Below, in pieces: positions 10,069 through 20,174 of a DNA stretch of 64,000 nucleotides. The notes beneath the pieces were generated by a model that was not told the DNA's origin, did not search any database, and was given only the letters and a program-made list of their open reading frames with translations. This stretch comes from Acidimicrobiia bacterium (GTDB lineage Bacteria; Actinomycetota; Acidimicrobiia; Acidimicrobiales; VFJN01), in NCBI GenBank assembly GCA_046565645.1, contig JBKHYD010000040.1:71785-135784 (forward strand), written 5' to 3'. A program made the position numbers and the translations under genes. The number at the start of each line of letters is the position of its first letter. Position 1 is the first letter of the stretch.

Positions 10069-11666
10069 GAGGGGGCCCCCGGGGTGGTGAGGCCGAGCAC
10101 CTGCGGGCGCTCGAGGTAGCGACGGCTGCGGACCAGCCACATCACCAGCGGCCGCATGAACCAGTAGGAGGCGATCATGTCGAGCACCGTGCCGATGGCG
10201 AGGAACAGGGCGAAGCCCCGCACCGAGCCCACGGTCAGCAGGTACAGCAAGACGGCACCGATGAGGGTGGCGACGTTCGCCTTCACGATGGTGCTGAAGG
10301 CCGAGCCGAAGCTCCCGGTGGCCGCCGACCGTGGGGTGCGCCCACGCCAGACCTCCTCCTTCAGGTTCTCGTAGAAGACCACGTTCGAGTCCACTGCCAC
10401 GCCGATGGACACGATGATCCCGGTGATGCCGGCCAGGGTGAGCGCGAGGTCCCGGGTCTCGCCCATCCAGGCGATCACGACCCACAGCAGCCCGGCGGAC
10501 ACGGCGAGGCTCGCCATGGCGACGAGGCCGAGGAGCCGGTAGTACCCGACCATGTAGAGGGTGACGAGCGCCAGCCCCACGAGCCCGGACACGACCCCGG
10601 CCCGCAGGGAGTCGCTGCCGAGGGTGGCCGAGACCTCCCGGGTCTGCTGGATCTCGAGCGCCACGGGCAGCGAGCCGTAGCGCAGGACGAGGGCCAGGTC
10701 CTTCGCTTCGCCCTCGGTCAGGTTGCCCGAGATCTGGATCTGGTCGCGCTCGTAGGACGGCTGCTGGATCGTCGGGGCCATCACCACCCGTGAGTCGAGG
10801 ACGATGGCCAGCTGCTGGGTGGGGCAGGTGGCGAGCCGCGAGAAGCACGGCGCGGCGGCATCGGCGTTGAAGTCGTCGATGTCGGAGCCCTTGATCTCGA
10901 GGGCGACCGTCCACTCGCCGGTGGGGCTCAGCTCGGCCCGGGCGTCGCCCACGATCTGACCGGTCGCCACCGCGGGACCGAGCTGGTAGGTGAAGACGAC
11001 GTTGCCGTCGTCGTCGTACTCCCCGAGCGTGACCGGCTCCTCGGCCACATCCTCCTCACGGGGGGTCAGCTCCAGGCCGAGGTCTCCCGGCTCGCCGGTG
11101 GTCGTCGTGGTGGTCCCGCCGGGTGCCGTGGTGGTGGTGTCCTGGAAGGGGGCGGCCGGAGCGGCGGCCGACTGCCCGCTCACCTCGGCCGTCGTGGCGG
11201 TGGCGTCCTCGGCAGTGGTGGTCGGGTCGCCGTCGGCCGCCGTGGTGGTGGTCTCCCCCTCGGCCGTGGTGGTGGTCGAGGCGAGGAGGTCCTCGATCGA
11301 GCCCGGGAAGGCGGACAGCACGGGACGGAACCGCAGCTCAGCGGTCTGGCCGACCAGCTCGCGCGCCCGTTCCCGGTCCGTGACGCCCGGGAGGCTCACC
11401 TCGATCGTGGAGCCCTGGCGGGTGATCTCGGGCTCGGCCACGCCGAGCGCGTCGACCCGGGCCCGGATCACCTCGATCGACTGGTCGAGCACCTCCTCGG
11501 AGGTGTCCTCGATGGGTTGGAGGGTCACGGCGAACCCGCCCTCGAGGTCGAGGCCGAGCTTGGGGCCCCATCCGGAGACCAGGACGGCCACGAGGAGGCC
11601 GACGGTCAGCACCACCAACCCCCACATCGGGCGCAGGCCCGACCGCTTCAGGCGTCCCCGCATCAT
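10065..11666 (-). CDS. secD: Protein translocase subunit SecD (with Thr-rich insertion)
   Basis: 533 aa. KLGLDLEGG, and the C-terminal TM bundle is typical of SecD. Low-complexity Thr/Ala/Glu stretch at about aa 130-191. Confidence 0.9.
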   Translation of the reverse strand: MMRGRLKRSGLRPMWGLVVLTVGLLVAVLVSGWGPKLGLDLEGGFAVTLQPIEDTSEEVLDQSIEVIRARVDALGVAEPEITRQGSTIEVSLPGVTDRERARELVGQTAELRFRPVLSAFPGSIEDLLASTTTTAEGETTTTAADGDPTTTAEDATATTAEVSGQSAAAPAAPFQDTTTTAPGGTTTTTTGEPGDLGLELTPREEDVAEEPVTLGEYDDDGNVVFTYQLGPAVATGQIVGDARAELSPTGEWTVALEIKGSDIDDFNADAAAPCFSRLATCPTQQLAIVLDSRVVMAPTIQQPSYERDQIQISGNLTEGEAKDLALVLRYGSLPVALEIQQTREVSATLGSDSLRAGVVSGLVGLALVTLYMVGYYRLLGLVAMASLAVSAGLLWVVIAWMGETRDLALTLAGITGIIVSIGVAVDSNVVFYENLKEEVWRGRTPRSAATGSFGSAFSTIVKANVATLIGAVLLYLLTVGSVRGFALFLAIGTVLDMIASYWFMRPLVMWLVRSRRYLERPQVLGLTTPGAPS

Positions 11667-11759
11667 CGGCGCTGGTGGTGGGCCGGAATCGGGGCGGTGT
11701 GGGGCGTCAGGGGCACTCGGTCTCCGTGGGGTCGTTCGGCGCGGGGCCGGTCGGCGAGG

Positions 11760-12875
11760 TTACTCATATGCCGCTCGCACCCGGGAACGCACCGCGTCGA
11801 GCGAACCGGCCTCGATGGCGGCGCGGACCTCCTCCACCAGCCGCAGGGTCCACCACACGTTGTGGATCGTGAGGAGGCGCGGCGCGGTGGGCTCGTCCAC
11901 CACGAGCAGGTGGCGCAGGTAGGCCCGCGACCAGCGGGCGCAGACAGGGCACCCGCAGTCGAGGTCGAGCGGTGCGCTGTCGTCCGCGTTCTCGGCTCGC
12001 CTCAGGTTGTAGCGACCGGCCGTGGACAGGATCGAGCCGTGACGGGCGAACCGGGTCGGGAGCACGCAGTCGAAGAGGTCGATCCCGAGCGCGATCGACT
12101 CGACGATCCCGATCGGGTCGCCCAGGCCCATCAGGTAGCGGGGCTGGTCGTCGGGGAGGAGGGGCACCGTGACCGCCAGCGTCTCCAGCATGGCCTCGCG
12201 GTCCTCGCCCACGGAGAGCCCGCCGATGGCGTAGCCGTCGAACCCGACCGCGAGCGTCCGCTCGGCGCTCTCCGCACGCAGGGCGGGGTCCGTCCCGCCC
12301 TGGACGATGCCGAGCTGGTTCAGATCGGCTCGCTCCTGGCGCAGGAAGGCGGCGCGGGCCGTGCCCGCCCAGGCGGCGGTGCGGTCCACGGCCAGGCGCA
12401 AGACCTCCGGCGGCGACGGCAGGGGTGCGCACACGTCGAGCACCATCTGGAGGTCGCTGCCGAGGTGGGTCTGGATGTCCACGGCCGAGGCGGGGGTCAG
12501 GCGGTGGGTGCCGCCGTCGTAGGTCGATCGGAAGGTGACGCCCTCGTCGTCGAGGCGCACGTTGCCCCCCGGATCGAGCGAGAAGACCTGGTACCCGCCC
12601 GAGTCGGTGAGGAGGTGGCCGTGCCAGTCCTCGAAGCGGTGGAGGCCGCCGAGCCGAGCGATCCGCTCTGCCCCCGGCTTCAGCATCAGGTGGTAGGTGT
12701 TGCCGAGGATGATCTGGGCGCCGAGGTCCTCGAGGTCGGCCGACGAGAGGGTGCGCACGGCGCCCTTGGTGCCCACCGGCATGAAGCAGGGGGTCTGGAT
12801 CGTTCCCCGCGCGGTGCGGATCGTGCCGGCGCGGGCAGCACCGAGCCGGGAGCTGACCTCCATCGAGAGCGTCAT
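11760..12875 (-). CDS. tgt: tRNA-guanine transglycosylase (queuine tRNA-ribosyltransferase)
   Basis: 371 aa. TPCFMPVGTKGAV, ILGNTYHL, GLGDP and CGCPVC zinc-site motifs. Confidence 0.95.
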   Translation of the reverse strand: MTLSMEVSSRLGAARAGTIRTARGTIQTPCFMPVGTKGAVRTLSSADLEDLGAQIILGNTYHLMLKPGAERIARLGGLHRFEDWHGHLLTDSGGYQVFSLDPGGNVRLDDEGVTFRSTYDGGTHRLTPASAVDIQTHLGSDLQMVLDVCAPLPSPPEVLRLAVDRTAAWAGTARAAFLRQERADLNQLGIVQGGTDPALRAESAERTLAVGFDGYAIGGLSVGEDREAMLETLAVTVPLLPDDQPRYLMGLGDPIGIVESIALGIDLFDCVLPTRFARHGSILSTAGRYNLRRAENADDSAPLDLDCGCPVCARWSRAYLRHLLVVDEPTAPRLLTIHNVWWTLRLVEEVRAAIEAGSLDAVRSRVRAAYE

Positions 12876-13906
12876 CCGCGCTCCCCCCGGAGGAGCATGG
12901 CGTCGCCGAAGCTGAGGAACCGGTAGCCCCCCCGGAGCGCTTCGGCGTAGAGGTCCCGCCAGCGAGGACCGACGAGGGCCTCGACCAGGACGAGCAGCGA
13001 CGACCGGGGCTGGTGGAAGTTCGTCATCAGCACGTCGACCACCGCGAAGGGTCGGTCACCGTGGATGAACAGCTCGGTCCGCCCGGCCAGCTCCCCGGTG
13101 GCAGCGGCCGACTCCAGCGCCCGCACCGTGGTGGTGCCGACGGCGACGACCCGCTCCGCCGACGCACAGGCCGCCATGGTGGGCTCGGGCACCCGGTACC
13201 GCTCGGCGTGCATCCGGTGGTCCTCGACCGCATCGGTGGTGATGGGCCGGAACGTCCCGAGGCCCACGACCAGCTCGACGGGGTGGACGGCGGCGCCGGC
13301 CGCTCGGATGCCTTCCAGCACCCGCCGGGTCAGGTGGAGCCCGGCCGTCGGGGCGGCGACCGACCCGGGCCGCTCGGCGTAGGTGGTCTGGTACCGGCCC
13401 GGGTCGGCCAGCGGGGTCGTGATGTACGGCGGCAGCGGCATCGCCCCGTGCCGCTCGAGTGCGCTGAGCAGCTGGGTGCCGCCGGCCAGCTCGATCGCGA
13501 CGCGCCGACGGCCCTCACCGAGGTCCTCGCCGACGACGACGGTGAGCTCGTCCCCGGCCCTCAGCGCCGTCCCCGCGGCCACCTTGCGGCTCGGCCGCAC
13601 GAGGGCCTCCCAGGTCCGCTCCTCGGGGTCGAGCGGCTCCAGCAGCAGCACCTCGACGGCCCCCCCGGTGGGCTTGGCCAGCCGAAGCCGGGCCGGGAGC
13701 ACCCTCGTGGTGTTGACGACGACCACGTCACCGGGCCCCACGAGAGAGGGCAGATCGGTGACCTGCTGGTGCCGGGGACGCCGGCCCACCCCCTCGTCCA
13801 CCAGCAGCCGCGCCGCGTCGCGCGGCTCCACCGGCGTCTGCGCGACGGCAGCACCAGGCAGCTCGTAGTCGAACGAGGAGGTCTCCATGAGCGTCCCAGT
13901 GTCCAT
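12872..13906 (-). CDS. queA: S-adenosylmethionine:tRNA ribosyltransferase-isomerase
   Basis: 344 aa. FDYELP start region, PLPPYI and LMTNFHQPRSSLL motifs. An alternative ATG at 13888 (METSSFDYELP) is equally plausible. 4-nt overlap with tgt. Confidence 0.9.
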   Translation of the reverse strand: MDTGTLMETSSFDYELPGAAVAQTPVEPRDAARLLVDEGVGRRPRHQQVTDLPSLVGPGDVVVVNTTRVLPARLRLAKPTGGAVEVLLLEPLDPEERTWEALVRPSRKVAAGTALRAGDELTVVVGEDLGEGRRRVAIELAGGTQLLSALERHGAMPLPPYITTPLADPGRYQTTYAERPGSVAAPTAGLHLTRRVLEGIRAAGAAVHPVELVVGLGTFRPITTDAVEDHRMHAERYRVPEPTMAACASAERVVAVGTTTVRALESAAATGELAGRTELFIHGDRPFAVVDVLMTNFHQPRSSLLVLVEALVGPRWRDLYAEALRGGYRFLSFGDAMLLRGERG

Positions 13907-14019
13907 TCCGACGCACCGTCCTCACGAATCGGGCGCGACGCCAGCACCGCAGGCCGCCGACGGCGCTGGAGGGCGGGGTCGCCCCCCGCAGGTGGGCTGG
14001 CGGGTTCGGCCCGGTGGCG

Positions 14020-15069
14020 TCAGCCGAAGAGGCCGGGAAGGGGCTCGGAGCCGGGGGTCTGGCGGGGGGCGGCCAGGCCCAGGTGGGACCAGGCGGCCTG
14101 GGTGGCGACGCGGCCGCGGGGGGTGCGCATCAGCAGGCCCTGCTGGATGAGGAACGGCTCGTAGACGTCCTCGACCGTCTCGGTCTGCTCCCCGACGCTG
14201 ATGGCGAGGGTGGACAGCCCCACCGGGCCGCCGCCGAAGTGCTCGCAGATGGCCGAGAGGATGGCCCGGTCGACCTTGTCGAGGCCGCGCTCGTCCACCC
14301 CGAAGAGAGCCAGCCCGTCGGCGGCGGTGGCGCGGTCGATGGCGCCGTGGCCCCGCACCTCCGAGAAGTCCCGCACGCGACGCAGGAGGCGGTTGGCGAT
14401 CCGCGGCGTGCCCCGGGCCCTTCGGGCCAGCTCGGCGGCGCCGCCGGCGTCGATCTCGACCCCGAGGATGCCGGCCGCCCGGGTGACGATGGCCTCGAGA
14501 TCGGAGGCGGCGTAGTAGTCGAGCCGGGCCACCAGCCCGAAGCGGTCCCGGAGCGGGCCGGTGATGGACCCGGTGCGGGTGGTGGCCCCGACGAGCGTGA
14601 AGCGCGGCAGGTCCAGGCGGATCGAGCGCGCCGCGGGCCCCTTGCCCAGCACGATGTCGATCTGGAAGTCCTCCATCGCCGGGTAGAGGACCTCCTCGAC
14701 GACCTTGGGCAGGCGGTGGATCTCGTCGATGAAGAGGACGTCGCCTTCCCCCAGCTGGGACAGCATGGCGGCGAGGTCGCCGGCTCGCTCGACGGCGGGT
14801 CCCGAGGTGACCTGGATGGCCACCCCCATCTCGGCCGCGATGATCCCCGCCAGCGACGTCTTGCCGAGCCCGGGGGGACCGGCCAGCAGGACGTGGTCCG
14901 GCGCCTGGCCCCGGCGGCGGGCGGCCTCCAGGATGATGGCGAGGTGGTCCTTCAGCTCGGGCTGGCCCACGAACTCGGCGAGGGTGCGGGGCCGGAGGCT
15001 CACCTCGGCGGTGAGCTCGCTCTCCTCGATCTCATCGGGCAGGTCGGCCCGCAGCAGCTCCTCCCTCAC
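14020..15069 (-). CDS. ruvB: Holliday junction branch migration helicase RuvB
   Basis: C-terminal 349 codons of ORF 14020..15369. [12 protein letters not shown], Walker [23 protein letters not shown] start at 15069 (VREELL). Confidence 0.93.
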   Translation of the reverse strand: MREELLRADLPDEIEESELTAEVSLRPRTLAEFVGQPELKDHLAIILEAARRRGQAPDHVLLAGPPGLGKTSLAGIIAAEMGVAIQVTSGPAVERAGDLAAMLSQLGEGDVLFIDEIHRLPKVVEEVLYPAMEDFQIDIVLGKGPAARSIRLDLPRFTLVGATTRTGSITGPLRDRFGLVARLDYYAASDLEAIVTRAAGILGVEIDAGGAAELARRARGTPRIANRLLRRVRDFSEVRGHGAIDRATAADGLALFGVDERGLDKVDRAILSAICEHFGGGPVGLSTLAISVGEQTETVEDVYEPFLIQQGLLMRTPRGRVATQAAWSHLGLAAPRQTPGSEPLPGLFG

Positions 15070-15079
15070 GGCCGACCCC

Positions 15080-15691
15080 TCACCGCCGGGCCGTGGCCAG
15101 GCGCTGGAGGGCGTCGCGCAGCAGCGCCCCGGCATCGCCGTCGTCGGGCAGGTCGGCCATGACCTCGCGGACCTCCGCGTCGGTGTAGCCGAGGCCAGCC
15201 AGGGCGGCCCGCACGTCGGCCCGGGCCGAGCTCGTCGCGACCGCGGGCCCGGGGCCGGGTCCGGTGGCCGCCCCCTCCCCGAGGTCCGGGATCGACAGCC
15301 GGCTCTTGAGGTCGAGGAGGAGCCGCTGGGCGGTCTTCTTGCCGACCCCGGGCACCAGGCAGAGCGCACCGAGGTCGTCCTCGGCGAGGATCCGGGCGAG
15401 CGCCACCGGGCTGTGCACCGACAGGATCGCCAGCGCCAGCGCGGGACCCACGCCGTGGGCCCCGATGAGCGCCTCGAAGCACGTGCGCTCCTCCCGGGTG
15501 CCGAAGCCGTACAGCGTGACGGCGTCCTCCCGCTGGTGGTGGTGGACCCAGCAGAACACCTCCTCGCCGAGATCCCCGAGGGCGACCACGGTGGTGGGGG
15601 CGACCGTGACCCGGTACCCCACGCCGGCCACCTCGACGGTGACCTCCGAGGCGCCGCGGTCGAGCAGCCGGCCGCGCAGGCTGCCGATCAC
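15080..15691 (-). CDS. ruvA: Holliday junction DNA-binding protein RuvA
   Basis: Last 203 codons of ORF 15080..16717 ([10 protein letters not shown]..., HhH region [20 protein letters not shown]). The GTG start overlaps the ruvC stop (GTGA). Confidence 0.9.
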   Translation of the reverse strand: MIGSLRGRLLDRGASEVTVEVAGVGYRVTVAPTTVVALGDLGEEVFCWVHHHQREDAVTLYGFGTREERTCFEALIGAHGVGPALALAILSVHSPVALARILAEDDLGALCLVPGVGKKTAQRLLLDLKSRLSIPDLGEGAATGPGPGPAVATSSARADVRAALAGLGYTDAEVREVMADLPDDGDAGALLRDALQRLATARR

Positions 15692-16209
15692 GGGGCCACC
15701 GCCCTCAGCGCGGCGCCGGCGACCGCCACCCTCGCCGCCAGCGGGGCGTGGGCGAGGTGGCAGATGGCCAGCGCCACGGCGTCGGCGGCGTCGACCGGTC
15801 GGATGGGCCGGGCGATCCCGAGCAGCGCCTGCACCATCCGCTCGACCTGGTCCTTGTCCGCACCACCCACGCCGGTGACGGCCTGCTTGACCTGGTTGGG
15901 CGAGTACTCGACCACCTCGCACCCGGCGGCCACGGCCTCCGCCATCGCGATGCCGGCCGCCTGGGCCACCGGGATCGCGGTGCGGACGTTCACCTGGAAG
16001 AGCACCCGCTCGATCGCCACCACGGCAGGACGGTGCTCCCGCATCAGGGCCCGCAGGTCCCCCTGGAGCTCGGCCAGCCGCTCCGGCGTGGGGAGGGAGG
16101 GATCGGTGCGGAGCACCCCGAGGGCCACCACCCGGCTCCCGCTGCGCTGCTGCTGGACGAGGCCGTACCCGCAGCGGGACAGCCCCGGATCGATGCCGAG
16201 GACGTACAC
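15688..16209 (-). CDS. ruvC: Crossover junction endodeoxyribonuclease RuvC
   Basis: 173 aa. The MYVLGIDPGLSRCGYG N-terminus is typical of RuvC. Confidence 0.93.
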   Translation of the reverse strand: MYVLGIDPGLSRCGYGLVQQQRSGSRVVALGVLRTDPSLPTPERLAELQGDLRALMREHRPAVVAIERVLFQVNVRTAIPVAQAAGIAMAEAVAAGCEVVEYSPNQVKQAVTGVGGADKDQVERMVQALLGIARPIRPVDAADAVALAICHLAHAPLAARVAVAGAALRAVAP

Positions 16210-16415
16210 GCGTTCGACTGTAGCCCCCGCTCCGGACCGGGTGGCGGACGCTCAGCGCGAGGACGAGGGTCCCGAGCCCGGGTCCACCCCGACGGCCGAG
16301 CGACGGAGGCCCACGCCGAGGGGATGGCCTGGCCCGGAGCGAGCCCGCCGGGGCGAGCGCGCCGCGGCACGAGCGCCGGCTCAAGGCCGAACAGGAGGGG
16401 GCCGACAACCCGGCG

Positions 16416-17426
16416 GTGACCGCCGTCGACGCCACCAGTGCCGGTACCGTGCCCCCGATGTCGCCCGCCCCGGTCATCGAGCTCGACGGGGTGGCCAAGT
16501 GGTTCGGTCCCAACCCGGGGCTCACGGACCTGCACCTGCGGGCGGCGCCGGGCCGGATCACCGTGCTCCTCGGTCCCAACGGGGCGGGCAAGACCACCGC
16601 CATCCGCATGATCACCGGCGCCTTCGCCCCCGACGGCGGGACGGTGCGGGTCTTCGGCCTCGACCCGGCGCGAGACGGCGACGAGGTGCGGAGCCGGTGC
16701 GGGGTGGTGTCGGCCAAGCCGTCGCTCTACGACCGCCTGAGCGGATGGGACAACCTCCGCTACTCGGCCGAGCTCCACGGGCTCGGCCGCGGGCCCGCGG
16801 TCGACGCTCGCATCGCCGAGGCAGCCGGGCGCTTCGGCATCGAGGCCGCCCTCGACGGCCAGGTGGGCAGCTACTCCACCGGCATGAAGACGCGCCTGGC
16901 GCTGGCCCGCTCGGTCCTCCACCGCCCCGAGCTCCTCCTCTACGACGAGCCCACCTCGGGCCTCGACCCCGAGTCCAGCCACGCCGTCCTCGAGCTGATC
17001 CGCGAGATGACGGCCGACGGCAGCACGGTCGTGATGTGCACGCACCTCTTGCTCGAGGCGGAGGGGCTGGCCGACCAGGTCGTCGTGATGCAGGACGGCA
17101 CGGACGTGGTGTCCGGGTCCCCCGCCGAGCTGACCCGCCGCTACTGGCCCCACGAGGTCGTCCGCATCGGGGCCGAGGACCCGGGCGGGCTCGACGCCCT
17201 GTCGGGGGTGCCCGGGGTGCTCGCCTACGAGCGCACCGACGGCACCGCCACCGTGCAGCTCGACACGATCGGGCGGATCCCGGACCTGGTCGCCCACCTG
17301 GCGGCGGCGGGCGTGCGGATCACGCGCGTGGTGCCCCACGAGCCCACCCTGGAGGACCTCTACTTCGCAGTGCGGCAGAGGTCGGGCCACAGCCGCCTGG
17401 GGGCCGTCGAGGGGAGCGAGGTCTGA
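16416..17426 (+). CDS. ABC transporter ATP-binding protein (ABC-2 exporter type)
   Basis: 336 aa. Walker A GPNGAGKTT, signature YSTGMKTRL, Walker B LLLYDEPTSGLD. AGGAGG-like RBS upstream. Confidence 0.9.
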   Translation: MTAVDATSAGTVPPMSPAPVIELDGVAKWFGPNPGLTDLHLRAAPGRITVLLGPNGAGKTTAIRMITGAFAPDGGTVRVFGLDPARDGDEVRSRCGVVSAKPSLYDRLSGWDNLRYSAELHGLGRGPAVDARIAEAAGRFGIEAALDGQVGSYSTGMKTRLALARSVLHRPELLLYDEPTSGLDPESSHAVLELIREMTADGSTVVMCTHLLLEAEGLADQVVVMQDGTDVVSGSPAELTRRYWPHEVVRIGAEDPGGLDALSGVPGVLAYERTDGTATVQLDTIGRIPDLVAHLAAAGVRITRVVPHEPTLEDLYFAVRQRSGHSRLGAVEGSEV

Positions 17427-18283
17427 TGGCCGCCACCCGGATCGCGGAGCGCGGGCCGCTGCGGTGGGACCAGCTGCGCACCGTGGCCCGCACCGATCTC
17501 AAGCAGCTGGCCCAGGCTCGGGACTACTGGATCCCCATGATGATCCTGGGCGGGATCTTCTTCGTGTTCGTCCCCACCGTGCTGCTCCTCACGATCACCC
17601 AGATCGGCGACGTCGGCGCGGTCGAGCAGCTGTCCCAGGCGCTCGAGATCCTCCCCCAGGATGCGAAGGAGCAGATCAAGGGCGACACCGAGTCGGGTCG
17701 CGCCGCCTACGCCCTCGCCGTGTACCTCTTCGCCCCGGTGGCCGTCGTGGTGCCGATCACGATCTCGACCGCCGTGGGGGCGGCCACCATCGTGGGCGAG
17801 CGCGAGCGGGGCACGGGCGAGTTCCTCGCCCACTCCCCCGCCGGGATCCGGGAGATCTTCTACGGCAAGCTGGCGGCCAGCCTCCTCCCCGGCTACCTGA
17901 CGACCATCGCGGGGTTCGGGGTCTACGCCCTCATCGTCAACACCATCGTGGGCCCCGACGTGGGCGGCTGGTTCTTCCCCACCCCCCAGTGGTGGGTGCT
18001 CATGCTGTGGGTGGTGCCCCCGTTCCTGGCGCTCACGCTCTCCTTGGTCCTGCGGCTCTCGGCCAAGGTGAAGTCGACCGCCGCAGCCCAGCAGGCGTCG
18101 GCGCTCGTGAGCCTGCCGCTCATCATGGTCGCCTACAGCCAGGCCACCGGGAGCCTCTACGGCGGCGACGCCCTCGCCTGGTACGTGGGGGCGGTGGCGT
18201 GGGCCCTCGCCGCGGTCGCCCTGTGGCGCGGGGTGCGCTCGGTGACCCGCGCCCGGCTGCTCGGGGTGGCCGACGAGCAGTGA
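17426..18283 (+). CDS. ABC-2 type transporter permease
   Basis: Last 285 codons of ORF 14705..18283. Multi-TM hydrophobic protein. Its ATG overlaps the stop of the ATPase gene. Confidence 0.8.
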   Translation: MAATRIAERGPLRWDQLRTVARTDLKQLAQARDYWIPMMILGGIFFVFVPTVLLLTITQIGDVGAVEQLSQALEILPQDAKEQIKGDTESGRAAYALAVYLFAPVAVVVPITISTAVGAATIVGERERGTGEFLAHSPAGIREIFYGKLAASLLPGYLTTIAGFGVYALIVNTIVGPDVGGWFFPTPQWWVLMLWVVPPFLALTLSLVLRLSAKVKSTAAAQQASALVSLPLIMVAYSQATGSLYGGDALAWYVGAVAWALAAVALWRGVRSVTRARLLGVADEQ

Positions 18284-18301
18284 TCTCGCCTGGCCCGAGC
18301 C

Positions 18302-18790
18302 TCAGGTCTGGGCGGACGCCGACCGGACGGCCGCGACGAGGTCGTCGGTGCTGCGGAAGGTGAGGCCGGCCACGGCCCGGTGGGCGTAGCGGACGACGCC
18401 CTCTCCGTCGATCACGAACACCGAGCGGCGGTAGAACCCGAGCGGGCCCAGGATGCCGTACGCCTCGCCGACCGCCTTGTCCGTGTCGGCCAGGAGCGGG
18501 AAGGCGAAGCCCCCCTGCTGGCACGAGAACTCCTCGTGGCTCTCGACGGACTGCGGGCTGATGGCGAGCACCTGCGCGCCGACGGACGCGAACGAGTCGA
18601 TGCCCTCGGTGTAGCTGTTCAGCTGCCGGGTGCAGACCGGGGTGCTGTCGCCGGGGTAGAAGACCAGCACGACCGGGCTGCCCCGGAAGTCGGCCAGGGA
18701 GAAGGACTGCACCGAGCCGGCGCCCCCGGCGCCGCGGTCGATCCCCTCGAGCTGGAACTCCGGCGCCGGCTGCCCCACCTCAGCGGCCAT
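18302..18790 (-). CDS. bcp: Peroxiredoxin (Bcp/AhpC-TSA family)
   Basis: C-terminal 162 codons of ORF 18302..19147. VVLVFYPGDSTPVCTRQL contains the peroxidatic Cys context. Confidence 0.88.
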   Translation of the reverse strand: MAAEVGQPAPEFQLEGIDRGAGGAGSVQSFSLADFRGSPVVLVFYPGDSTPVCTRQLNSYTEGIDSFASVGAQVLAISPQSVESHEEFSCQQGGFAFPLLADTDKAVGEAYGILGPLGFYRRSVFVIDGEGVVRYAHRAVAGLTFRSTDDLVAAVRSASAQT

Positions 18791-19539
18791 CAGCCCTCGA
18801 TCGCCTCGAGGACGGCATCCGGGATGTCGAAGTTGCCGAAGACGTCCTGGACGTCGTCGTTGTCGTCGAGCGCGTCGACGAGCTTCAGCACCTTGCGGGC
18901 CGCGTCCTCGGTGTCCAGGGCCACGGTGGAGGTGGGGACCATCGTGAGCTCGGACGAGGAGACCGCGATGCCGGCCTCCTCGAGGGCGGTGCGGACGGCG
19001 TGCACGTCCGTCGGACCGGTGGTGATGCGCCACGCGTCGCCGTCGTCGGCGATGTCCTCGGCCCCGGCGTCGAGGGCGGCCAGCATGACGTCGTCCTCCT
19101 CGACCGACCGGTCGGCCAGCACGATGCCCTTGCGCTCGAACTGCCACGCCACCGCGCCCGGCTCGGCCATCGAGCCGCCGTGCTTGGTGAAGATGCTCCT
19201 GACCTCGGCCCCGGTGCGGTTGCGGTTGTCGGTCAGGACGTCGATGAGCACCGCCACCCCACCGGGGGCGTAGCCCTCGTAGGTGATCTGCTCGTAGGTG
19301 ACGCCCTCGAGCTCGCCGGTGCCCCGCTTGATCGCCCGCTCGATCGTGTCGAGGGGCACCGACGCATCGCGGGCCTTCTGGTACATGGTCCGCAGCGTGG
19401 GGTTCATGTCGGGGTCCCCGCCGCCCTCACGGGCCGCCACCTCGACCTGGCGGATGAGCTTGGCGAAGAGCTTCCCGCGCGCGGCGTCGGCGGCACCCTT
19501 CTTGTGCTTGATGGTGGCCCACTTGGAATGACCGGACAT
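18790..19539 (-). CDS. yebC: YebC/PmpR family DNA-binding transcriptional regulator
   Basis: 249 aa. [23 protein letters not shown] is the family hallmark. Confidence 0.95.
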   Translation of the reverse strand: MSGHSKWATIKHKKGAADAARGKLFAKLIRQVEVAAREGGGDPDMNPTLRTMYQKARDASVPLDTIERAIKRGTGELEGVTYEQITYEGYAPGGVAVLIDVLTDNRNRTGAEVRSIFTKHGGSMAEPGAVAWQFERKGIVLADRSVEEDDVMLAALDAGAEDIADDGDAWRITTGPTDVHAVRTALEEAGIAVSSSELTMVPTSTVALDTEDAARKVLKLVDALDDNDDVQDVFGNFDIPDAVLEAIEG

Positions 19540-19542
19540 CGG

Positions 19543-20115
19543 CTAGCTCATCTCCTCGAGGAATCGCTGGTGGAGCCGGAGGTCGTCGGTGAGCTCCGGG
19601 TGGAAGGCGGTGACGATGACGGGTCCCTGCCGGCACACGACCGCATGCCCGTCGACGGAGGCCAGGACCTCCACCCCGGGCCCGACGCGCTCCACGAAGG
19701 GAGCCCGGATGAACACGGCTCGGAACGGGGCTCCGGGCAGCCCGTCGACGAGGAGGTCCGACTCGAACGAGTCGACCTGCCGGCCGAACGCGTTGCGTCG
19801 CACCGAGATGTCGACGGCGCCGAAGCAGCGCTGGTCCGGACGGCCGTCCAGGATCTCCGCTCCGAGCAGGATCATCCCGGCGCAGGTTCCGAGGGTGGGG
19901 AGGCCCCCGGCGAGGCGCTCCTGGAGCGGCTCCACCAGACCGGCGCTGTCGAGGAGCATCGACATGGTGGTGGACTCGCCGCCCGGCAGCACCAGGGCGT
20001 CGACCTCGGCCAGCTGGGCCGGGGTGCGGACCTCGCGGGGCTCAACCCCCAGCCGGCGCAGTGCGGCCGAGTGCGCGCCGACGGCGCCCTGGAGGGCCAG
20101 CACGCCGACCTTCAC
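19543..20115 (-). CDS. pdxT: Pyridoxal 5'-phosphate synthase glutaminase subunit PdxT
   Basis: Last 190 codons of ORF 19543..20700. VKVGVLALQGAV..., GTCAGMILL catalytic Cys, FHPELT. Confidence 0.92.
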   Translation of the reverse strand: MKVGVLALQGAVGAHSAALRRLGVEPREVRTPAQLAEVDALVLPGGESTTMSMLLDSAGLVEPLQERLAGGLPTLGTCAGMILLGAEILDGRPDQRCFGAVDISVRRNAFGRQVDSFESDLLVDGLPGAPFRAVFIRAPFVERVGPGVEVLASVDGHAVVCRQGPVIVTAFHPELTDDLRLHQRFLEEMS

Positions 20116-20174
20116 CTGGGGGCCTCGCTGCGGTGCGCATGAGGTGGCGATGCTACCGGTCCGTCGGGGCGGGC

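Noticed and set aside
11667-11759. yajC between tgt and secD
   Set aside because: The gap is only 93 nt, with no small ORF carrying a TM helix. yajC (and apt near relA) appear to be genuinely absent from this locus.
14705-17425. N-terminal 900 codons of the 1192-aa ORF 14705..18283
   Set aside because: Only the last 285 codons (from the ATG at 17426) form a coherent multi-TM permease. The upstream part overlaps ruvB/A/C (antisense) and the ABC ATPase (other frame) and is Arg/Pro-rich noise.
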